A stretch of 64,000 bases of DNA from Gemmatales bacterium (GTDB lineage Bacteria > Planctomycetota > Planctomycetia > Gemmatales > HRBIN36). The notes below the pieces were generated by a model. The model saw nothing but the letters and a program-made list of their open reading frames with translations. It was not told the origin of the DNA and did no database searches. Below, one piece after another: positions 11,234 to 18,735 of the stretch (positions are counted from its first letter, which is position 1; each line of letters starts with the position of its first letter). The position numbers were made by a program, and so were the translations under genes. The DNA lies in contig JBEPZY010000001.1 in NCBI GenBank assembly GCA_041640595.1, positions 1 to 64,000 of the forward strand. The letters are read 5' to 3'.

Positions 11234-11384
11234 AACACCCCCTTTCTATCCGCGCCTGTCTCAATTACTGTGCGCAAAAGGCCAGAATCACCGAGCTACA
11301 AATCTATCCACGCTATCCCTGGTGGAAAGTTACTCCTTCATTCGCCCGTCCTTGGGGCTGTCCCGTGTTTATTAGTGACTGAGC

Positions 11385-11553
11385 ACACCGAGTTTCGTTC
11401 ACCTTGCGCTTTACCCGCTGTTTGGCGAGAGGTGTGGGTGGTTTGCTCGCAAAACTCCGCGAACAAGAACGTCGCTTTACCCGCTGCATGGCGAGAAGTG
11501 TCGCCCGAAGAAAGGAAGGTTACACCGACTTTCGTTCACTTTGAGCTTTACCC
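11385..11553 (-). repeat. Degenerate CRISPR-like mini-array A: two 29-bp repeats plus a partial third, with a duplicated 32-bp segment
   Basis: cgctttacccgctg(tt/ca)tggcgaga(g/a)gtgt at 11407-11435 and 11473-11501 (66-bp period); gctttaccc recurs at 11545. Segments 11385-11416 and 11522-11553 are identical at 29/32 nt. The minus strand reads hairpin CUCGC-N6-GCGGG followed by UAAAGCGAC. Confidence 0.55.
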
Positions 11554-11696
11554 TGCCAACCGCGTTGGCTGCGCTACTTCAGCCATCTTTTGGCTTAGCT
11601 TCTCTGCGAAACACACCAGAAACTCTCCATGCAGATTGGCTGCCGGTTCTTGTCCGACTATTCGCTTGGCCGGAAAAAATGTTCCTCGTCAGGCGG

Positions 11697-11858
11697 GTTG
11701 GCGTAACACCGTATTACTGTGCACGGGCTGTTAATATCGGCAAAGTCTTCTAGTGGTAATTGGTCGGCGTAACACCGTATTACTGTGCAGGGGTTGCATC
11801 TATGACCAGCCTGCGAGACCGTGCCCACGTCGGCGTATCACCGTATTGCTGTGCAGGG
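11697..11858 (-). CRISPR. CRISPR mini-array B: three 30-bp repeats and two 36-bp spacers
   Basis: Plus-strand repeats gtYggcgtaWcaccgtattRctgtgcaSgg at 11697-11726, 11763-11792 and 11829-11858, exact 66-bp period, unique spacers, just downstream of the type III operon. Orientation is inferred only from the GCAC..GUGU hairpin plus UACGCCGAC tail. Confidence 0.7.
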
Positions 11859-11911
11859 CGGCATTTTCGCTGGATCGCTGAGTCATTCACTCAAGCGGTT
11901 GGGCTGATAGG

Positions 11912-12489
11912 CTAGCCTCTGTTGACGATTAACTGAGCTTTTAGGCGAATGTACGCCAGAGCTAGTTGAATGATGCCAAAATGTCTCTTTCAACTTGTCA
12001 TATCGCGTGGCGATCCGACGAAACTCTTTCAACTTGCCAATCAGCCGCTCTATCTTGTTACGCTCCGCATACGCCTTCCGGTTCACACGCCCCCGGTTTC
12101 GCCGATTGACCCGATAGGGAATCACCGGCCGAATGTTCCGACTTGCCATAGCTTGCCGCTGTGGCTCACCGTCAAACCCTTTGTCCGCCACCGCTTCCTC
12201 AATCTGAGGAAGACGTGCCTGGCTCGCATCGAGCATCTTCTCGACCTGCGTTGCTTCATACACCTGACCAGGTAACACCTCTACCGCCACCGGCGTGTTT
12301 TCATCTATGGCAGTGAGCACAATCTTCGTCGAGAATCCACCCCGACTCCGACCAAGACCCTGCTCGGAGGCAGACCCCTTTTTTCGGTGCCCCTGCCGCG
12401 CACCGATGAGCTCGCACATTCGTGGCATCTATCAAGATTCGCCGGATGGCCGCTAATCTCGGTGAGCAGTTAACAGCTCAAAAGCCTAG
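11912..12489 (-). mobile_element. Decayed IS5-family (IS427-like) element
   Basis: CTAG at both ends (11912-11915, 12486-12489) with imperfect terminal repeats. The orfA remnant ILIDATNVRAHRCAAGAPKKG ends at an AAAAAAG slippery site (12378-12384). orfB has LGRSRGGFSTK, ADKGFD, YAERNKIER and RRIATRYDK. The orfA N-terminus is missing and there is a further frameshift near 11978. Confidence 0.85.
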
Positions 12490-12535
12490 CATTTAGCATG
12501 ATCGGCAAAGGCTGATATTGGTCGTCGTCGGATAA

Positions 12536-14002
12536 TCAATGGCCAATATACTCTCGCAATAGATCCCTGATGTCACTCTCTTCTAGTGGTCTTTTGCTAC
12601 GGAAAAAGATATAACAGGTGGAACCGGACTTGGAGTGTTCAACTTTACATTCGCTAACTGACCACTTGCGTCCTATCATGCTTCTTATTCTTTCCAGTTC
12701 ATTCGTATTTATCCCGTTGGTACATTTACATCGAATAAGGAACCAATCTGGGGGGCAAAAATAGGCGGCCCATTGTTCTCCACCATCCCGCGCGATCTCT
12801 TCAGACAACGCATCCAAATTTATAATTCGACTGGTTTTAGACGCCCGTTCGCACATCTCAAGCAGAGGTGATGCTGTTCCGAGGCGCGGGACTAAACTTT
12901 TTCTAACTGCTTCTTCAATTATTCTCTCTGCCTGCCGGAGGGTTTCATTGAGTTGGCTAACACCGAAAAACCGGGCCAGTTTGGTAATGACAGTGGAGCA
13001 TTGCTGAGCATCTATTACTTCGAGTTGATAAGCTTCAGCCAATTGACGTTCTGTTTCGCTCAATGAGCGATTAGGTCGCAACAGAAGCAGGCGGGCTCCT
13101 AATCCTCCGAGTTCCCGGCGGGTATGGGCTGCCTGGCGAAGTTGCGAGGTGATGCTTTCCACCTTATCGCGCGCTTCATCTTCCCAGGCCCGCAATTTGC
13201 AGTCAATAATATTCAGGCGACCACCATGGTTGGCAACAATGTCTACCTCCTGGACCACGCCTCCTTCAATAGACTTGCGTAGAACATTGCATATGACATT
13301 ACCAACTCCCATTTCGAGCAAAATGGCAGCCACCAGTTCCTCAAAGAGGAAACCAGGTTGCTCTTTTCCTTCTATACGAGGAACGTTACATTCCTTAAAA
13401 GCCAGCTTCCAGTTCCACTGGTTTTCCGCAGCTACGCGGATGATGTCCACGACCGGCAACCGCCTGGGTCGGATGCCCACATCCACTTCCCAGCCTTCGC
13501 CTCCCCAGAAAGTCTCCAGCAAGGTGCTTACGGGTACAGCATCGGTCTCGGATGGTGGAATGTTAAGTGGTTGTGCTATAATAGTTCGTCCGTCGCGGTC
13601 GCGCAGCAATTCAAACCATCCTGACGTCAGTTCCTTATAGACCACCTTAACTCCCGGTTCCCCGGTCAAACGCAGGACGCCCGCGGTCATAAGTTTCGTT
13701 CCGCCAGTGGCATTAAGAACCCATTCTAATCTATCGAAACGCTGGATCCAGTTCCTTAGTTGCTTAGTAACATCAGCAGGTTGCATCCCTAGTGGTGAGT
13801 CAGGCATGATAACAGTGGCGTCTCTAATATACTTTTCGCAAAACTCTTTGAGCCTGAGAGCCGGTTGCTTCGAACGCCGTGGATCGCCTGTGTAGTAAAT
13901 ACAGACGCACTTTAGTTGGTCATGCCAGTGCACCAGACTCTGGATATTTGGCCAGAGCTGTTCGCTGGCCAGAAGCACCATACCAAGACTGCGCTCAGTC
14001 AT
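12536..14002 (-). CDS. CARF + PD-(D/E)xK nuclease, Card1/Can2-like cOA-activated effector
   Basis: N-terminal LASEQLWPN, CARF motif LNATGGTKLM, and nuclease motifs GFLFEELV..EVDIV..IIDCK. Last gene of the type III operon. Confidence 0.85.
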   Translation of the reverse strand: MTERSLGMVLLASEQLWPNIQSLVHWHDQLKCVCIYYTGDPRRSKQPALRLKEFCEKYIRDATVIMPDSPLGMQPADVTKQLRNWIQRFDRLEWVLNATGGTKLMTAGVLRLTGEPGVKVVYKELTSGWFELLRDRDGRTIIAQPLNIPPSETDAVPVSTLLETFWGGEGWEVDVGIRPRRLPVVDIIRVAAENQWNWKLAFKECNVPRIEGKEQPGFLFEELVAAILLEMGVGNVICNVLRKSIEGGVVQEVDIVANHGGRLNIIDCKLRAWEDEARDKVESITSQLRQAAHTRRELGGLGARLLLLRPNRSLSETERQLAEAYQLEVIDAQQCSTVITKLARFFGVSQLNETLRQAERIIEEAVRKSLVPRLGTASPLLEMCERASKTSRIINLDALSEEIARDGGEQWAAYFCPPDWFLIRCKCTNGINTNELERIRSMIGRKWSVSECKVEHSKSGSTCYIFFRSKRPLEESDIRDLLREYIGH

Positions 14003-14087
14003 GCTCGATCCCCCAGAGCGCCGGTCAGGGCAACCATACTATTTACGAGCGTGGCAGCTAAGGACGGCGGCCCTGCTGCGGGTGCGA

Positions 14088-16571
14088 TTACCGGCGCTCG
14101 CCTCGCTCTAGGATTGGTAAACCCGTGTCTTCCGACAGATTGGGCAGCGCGTAGCCATGTTGTATCCGGCCCTGCTGGACACGTTCATTCTCGACAAACC
14201 ATTCGTAAGCCAGGCCTTCAGGATTTGGTTCTCGTTGACTGCGGGGATAGTGCACAGGTAAGCTGTCGTCGAACCCTTTGGCCATCCGTAGAAAGGCCTT
14301 GATAAACGGCACTTCGTCGAATGCCTTATTCTGTCCATAGACCCGCTTGACGGCGTCTTGAAATGTCTGGATAATTCCACCTGCAGATTGATCACTAAGC
14401 ACGTCATTCAGTGTGTCGTCCATGTTTTCATAAGCATTCTTCCAGGCGGCGCCATTGCCAACTTTGGTGTTAGTCCAGTCGATTTCCAGGTAAACGCTGC
14501 CGAAGCCCAGTGGCTTGGCGCCGCCGAAACGGTGGTAGTGTTCCTTAGGTAAACTAAGCAACCAGAGCAATGCTCCGAGTTCGACCTTAGACAGGTTGGT
14601 GATATGGATATCGAAAGTGAACTCGGTGCCCGGTTTCACCCAGCCCTGAATAGAACGATTCTGATCGTCGCGCTGCTCCTGACCGTTGAGCATAGGCCGG
14701 CGATATTCCTGGAAATATTTCCCATCCATTGCCTGCTGGGTGCGATCTACCATCGGATTGTCCCAATATCGCTCAGGCAGTTTATGATGGGGATAAACCT
14801 TTCGGCCTCGCAGACCCTTGCCGGAAGAGTAGCCAGCTTTCTCCTTATCTAAGCCGTCCTTCTGGGCCTCACCATCGGGACTGGCCGCGACATAGAAGCG
14901 TGCCTGTTGCGGTTTCGGCTGTCCGAGAATGGCCAGCGGCAGGCCAGGCTCTCGTTTTGCCTCTTCGCCATACAGGTTGCGCTTCTGCTTGTTGAACCAT
15001 TCGATGGCGTCTTCAGGAGAAGTTTGGCACGTTACCGGACCTATACGCAGATGGCCGCGATAGGCTCCTTTACCTTCCTGATTGACCCAACCAAAAACGC
15101 GATCCGCCGGGGAGAGTTCCTTGATCTGAGTCGCTGGTCGAAGGGATGGGGGTACCAGGGAAAGTGGGGAAACAGAATAAAGATCCCTGGAAATTGTTAC
15201 AGGATAGATGCCACTAATCCTGGAGTTGTTTTCAAGGCGAACATAGCAAAGCGTTCCAGGCTTAAGTTTGAGGTATTCTTTATCCCATATATGTCGAGAC
15301 CATGCGGTTCTTCCCGGTTCGTTTCCTAGATAGTCAGTTGGGTTTTCTCCTCTTATACGCCGTTGTTCCAAGTCCTTTACGTGAGTTTGCTGATAGTTCT
15401 CGATCAATTCGGTCCAGAGTCGCCTTATTCGCTGGGCTTCCTCATTTGTGAGGACCAGCAAGCGGTCTTTACTGGTGACCACGAAGACCCGCTCGTAGCG
15501 CTTAGTGTTAATGTTAGGCTCAGTGATAAGCACCCATCCCTCATAATAACCTTGAGGAACTGTACGTTCCGTATAGCGCTTTATCTCAGACACCCGACCA
15601 TTACCTTCTACCCGTACCAGGACATGATCGCCATTCTCTGGGAGAGAATTATCAGGATAGCGCAAAGCGGCCCGGCTCTCTCCTTTCCTACGGTCATTGC
15701 GCTGAGGACGTTGTTCATAACGAGGCAGTTTTGCCGCTGACTTGAGCCAGAGTTGGGAAAGGAGGCGAATGACAACGCGGTCTTCTTCACATTCTTCAAC
15801 ACGGGCTGGTACCACTTCGATGCGTGCTGGTCGTCGAAAAGCCAAGCGGGCACCATGCCCCGTCGCATCTCGACTACCGCTGGCTTCATGTCCCGGGAAT
15901 ACGGCCAGGCGGGAATTAGTAATCGCTTCGTAAGCCGAACGCAGCATTCCCTTGAGGGAGGTCGGCGGGATATAGGGTTTGCCGTCGGCGTCGAGACGCA
16001 CGGGAAAGCTTTTATGACCGTTGCCAATGTCGGTAGCGTTGGCGGCGTCGGGGAGCAACAGGGGCGTAATGGCCGTCATTTTGACCCGAATGACGCCAGT
16101 ATAACGATCTGGGAACAAACGGTGGTGGCCGACCGGCTCATGATCGCCTAAGTCCGGATCATTAGTCTTTCGAGGAGGGGCAGGGATGAAATTGTAAGGA
16201 TTATGGAAAGCACGCTGTAGGCTGGTCTTACTTGTCTGGCTAGGCGTCGGCTGGGGTTGACGGCCCGTCGAACCACTTGTGCCCACCATAGGACGAGCAC
16301 CGCTGGCAGCTTGTGGTCTTGTTGAAGAGGCTGACGGAGGAACGAAAGCCTGACCCTTGCGGCGTATTCGTTTGACAGCACCGCCCTCCTGATCAAACTC
16401 CACCTCCACACCATCGAGCTGTTGTATCGTCCGGGAATCCCGGCGCAGTTGTTCTAAGTCGGCGGAGAGTTCGCCTTGCGGAATTTGAGCGAAGACAGGT
16501 TTGCCTTTTTTGCTGGTGTATTCCAACACGAGTGCTTTATTCGTAGTAACGCGCAGTTTGCCTTCAGCCAC
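14088..16571 (-). CDS. cas7: Cas7 with large insertion (TIGR03986-type RAMP), type III-D
   Basis: FHNPYNFIP, PYIPPTSLKGMLRSAYEAITNS, LSPADRVFGWV, LRGRKVYPHH and G-rich loop GGAKPLGFG. Confidence 0.92.
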   Translation of the reverse strand: MAEGKLRVTTNKALVLEYTSKKGKPVFAQIPQGELSADLEQLRRDSRTIQQLDGVEVEFDQEGGAVKRIRRKGQAFVPPSASSTRPQAASGARPMVGTSGSTGRQPQPTPSQTSKTSLQRAFHNPYNFIPAPPRKTNDPDLGDHEPVGHHRLFPDRYTGVIRVKMTAITPLLLPDAANATDIGNGHKSFPVRLDADGKPYIPPTSLKGMLRSAYEAITNSRLAVFPGHEASGSRDATGHGARLAFRRPARIEVVPARVEECEEDRVVIRLLSQLWLKSAAKLPRYEQRPQRNDRRKGESRAALRYPDNSLPENGDHVLVRVEGNGRVSEIKRYTERTVPQGYYEGWVLITEPNINTKRYERVFVVTSKDRLLVLTNEEAQRIRRLWTELIENYQQTHVKDLEQRRIRGENPTDYLGNEPGRTAWSRHIWDKEYLKLKPGTLCYVRLENNSRISGIYPVTISRDLYSVSPLSLVPPSLRPATQIKELSPADRVFGWVNQEGKGAYRGHLRIGPVTCQTSPEDAIEWFNKQKRNLYGEEAKREPGLPLAILGQPKPQQARFYVAASPDGEAQKDGLDKEKAGYSSGKGLRGRKVYPHHKLPERYWDNPMVDRTQQAMDGKYFQEYRRPMLNGQEQRDDQNRSIQGWVKPGTEFTFDIHITNLSKVELGALLWLLSLPKEHYHRFGGAKPLGFGSVYLEIDWTNTKVGNGAAWKNAYENMDDTLNDVLSDQSAGGIIQTFQDAVKRVYGQNKAFDEVPFIKAFLRMAKGFDDSLPVHYPRSQREPNPEGLAYEWFVENERVQQGRIQHGYALPNLSEDTGLPILERGERR

Positions 16572-16592
16572 GGTTCTTCTCCTTTCGCTGAT

Positions 16593-17168
16593 TTATTTCT
16601 GTGGGTTGATGCTAAATCCAGTGAGACGTTCTTCGAAGACGACCACGTTGCCGTGATCACGCTCGACTAAATATTCGATGCTACGCAAAAGCACATCAGC
16701 CTTATCAGGAACGTCCGATACAGGCACCTGCAAGGCGCCGACGCGCGCCATAGCAATGGTGCTCCAGCCATCTAATGTTTGGCCAGTGCCCTGTCCCCAG
16801 AGTAAATACGTTTGTTCGAGTGTTTCTAACACGTCTTCTTTATGCACATTCCAGTCGTTGCGAAGTTTGGCGACCAGGTCTGTTTCTGCCAGGATCACCG
16901 CGCGATGCTGTTTAGCAGCGGTTGGGTCATTTAGCCAGCGTAACTCCAGCTTATCCGTAAAGATGCGTGCTTCATATGCCTGTGATATATCTAAGGTTCG
17001 ACCGGCGGCATTCAAAAACTGACCCGCGGCAAAGCGAGCGAGGTAAAACTTCTCCGGAGTAAAGAGAAAAGCTGTTGCCGGGTCTCCGTTAGCAGCTAAT
17101 GCAAAAGCATCGCCTGCCTGTAGCAGCGATAAGCCCTGCCGGCGGTAAATGTATAAGGTCTTGCTCAT
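16593..17168 (-). CDS. csx19: Csx19 (TIGR03984-type)
   Basis: YEARIF, ELRWL, YLLWG and GNVVVFEERL; located between cas7-2x and cas7-insertion. Confidence 0.88.
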   Translation of the reverse strand: MSKTLYIYRRQGLSLLQAGDAFALAANGDPATAFLFTPEKFYLARFAAGQFLNAAGRTLDISQAYEARIFTDKLELRWLNDPTAAKQHRAVILAETDLVAKLRNDWNVHKEDVLETLEQTYLLWGQGTGQTLDGWSTIAMARVGALQVPVSDVPDKADVLLRSIEYLVERDHGNVVVFEERLTGFSINPQK

Positions 17169-17197
17169 GTATTAGCTCCTTGGCTGGAAGTCCTAGC

Positions 17198-18721
17198 TCA
17201 CTGAGTTTCTTGCAACCATTGCCGCCAGGCTTGCTTGATTTCCTCGGGCACGCTAATAAGTTGGCCATTTTCAATCCGCACCTGGGCAAGCTTAGCTAGG
17301 GTACTATCCGTTGTACTTATCGCGAAGCGCACGTTGATGACGCGAATGCTACCCATGCCGCGATGTGTAGCGAACCCTAATGGGATGCGGTCTTGAGCCA
17401 GGTCGCGCAATATCAGCAGTAATAGCGCCACCGCAGGTAAACGTTCATTAGAAGGGAGACGCTGGAAATCGAGAGTCAGTCGAATAGGTTCCCAATTAGC
17501 ACGGTGCGGTTCCAGCACGGTATAGAGCATACTTTCGGCCGACGAACCGAGCCAGCGATCGACGGCAACATGATAAGCTTCCTGCCACGCCTTCAACATA
17601 GCGCTATCCAGTGCCTGACGCATTTCTAAGTCAGTTTGAGCCGTCTCGATTGCTTGCCATTGCTCTCTGCGTAAACGGTTTCGACCATAACAGTCATCCA
17701 CTGCTAAAGCTCCCTGACCGGGGAGGCAATCCTGATGATCGTTTTGCTTCATTTGCTGCTGTCCTCGCATTCCGAAAAGCTCATTAATCAAAGGTAACTC
17801 GACCTGGCTGAGGAAGCGTTGTTTGGCATCCGATACGTCTTTGAAATCTTTATCCAAAAGAGTGCGAACAATGCGTTCGGCGTGGCTGCGCAGCGAGCCT
17901 TTGATCGAACTGCCAGGCAAAACCAGAGCAACCTGACCATTGACGCCGCTAACTAGAGGGATCATGTCCGCGGCAACACCCTCATAACCGGCTTTGACCA
18001 TAAGTGGGCCAACTGGTTCCCAATCAATAGTGATAGTCCAGGTCTGTGCCTGATGCGGGGAGTAATTCTGACAGGCTGTTTGCAATTCATCTATGCTGAC
18101 CGGACTGCCGTCGGTCTTTTCCAGCGCCTCTAATATTCCATTCCGCTCATTGAATATCCATCGGCGAACCTCGGCATTTTCTAGTCGGACACGTCCTAAA
18201 CCGCGAGTTTTTGCAGCCCCCAGGCGAATTTCCTCGGCTTCTAAAGCATTTTTCAAGTGAGCTAACACGGCCAGCGCTCGCTTATGATCTAAGTCTTCGC
18301 CGACCTCCATGATGAGGGAAAGTCGTAGCCGCGTGCCGCGAGGCAAAATCGCTCGGTCAAACTTGATGTGTTCGGCAGCGCATCCCCATTTACGATCAAT
18401 ACCGACATGGTCGCGGATTTCGTCCAAAACTGAATCGGCGTTTTCAACGGCAGCATCCTCGACTATGACATAGGAAGCATGTCCTTCTTCTCCTTCCTGG
18501 AAACCCCATAAGCGTCGGACAAATTCGACACCGAATCGTCGTTCGCACCAGTGGCGGAAAGGGCCGGCCAGACTCGTACCGGGCACGTACCACTCGCCGC
18601 GACCGTTGCGGGCCAAAGGTAGGTCGGTGTCCACGTCTTCGCTGAAACCACCGACATGCAGCGGCGTAGTTGCGACCAGTGTTCCTTGCAGGCGCAAGCG
18701 GGCTGAAATCGCGCGTGCCAT
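17198..18721 (-). CDS. cas7: Cas7-Cas7 fusion (Cas7-2x)
   Basis: Two RAMP modules: TPLHVGG..YVPGTSLAG..LGAAKTRGLG and VLPGSSIKGSLRSHAERI..LGFATHRGMG. Confidence 0.9.
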   Translation of the reverse strand: MARAISARLRLQGTLVATTPLHVGGFSEDVDTDLPLARNGRGEWYVPGTSLAGPFRHWCERRFGVEFVRRLWGFQEGEEGHASYVIVEDAAVENADSVLDEIRDHVGIDRKWGCAAEHIKFDRAILPRGTRLRLSLIMEVGEDLDHKRALAVLAHLKNALEAEEIRLGAAKTRGLGRVRLENAEVRRWIFNERNGILEALEKTDGSPVSIDELQTACQNYSPHQAQTWTITIDWEPVGPLMVKAGYEGVAADMIPLVSGVNGQVALVLPGSSIKGSLRSHAERIVRTLLDKDFKDVSDAKQRFLSQVELPLINELFGMRGQQQMKQNDHQDCLPGQGALAVDDCYGRNRLRREQWQAIETAQTDLEMRQALDSAMLKAWQEAYHVAVDRWLGSSAESMLYTVLEPHRANWEPIRLTLDFQRLPSNERLPAVALLLLILRDLAQDRIPLGFATHRGMGSIRVINVRFAISTTDSTLAKLAQVRIENGQLISVPEEIKQAWRQWLQETQ

Positions 18722-18735
18722 GAGGTTCCCTCACT

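Noticed and set aside
11027..11734. 235-aa plus-strand ORF over the mini-arrays
   Set aside because: It overlaps a real gene antisense and the repeat region, with no protein-like features.
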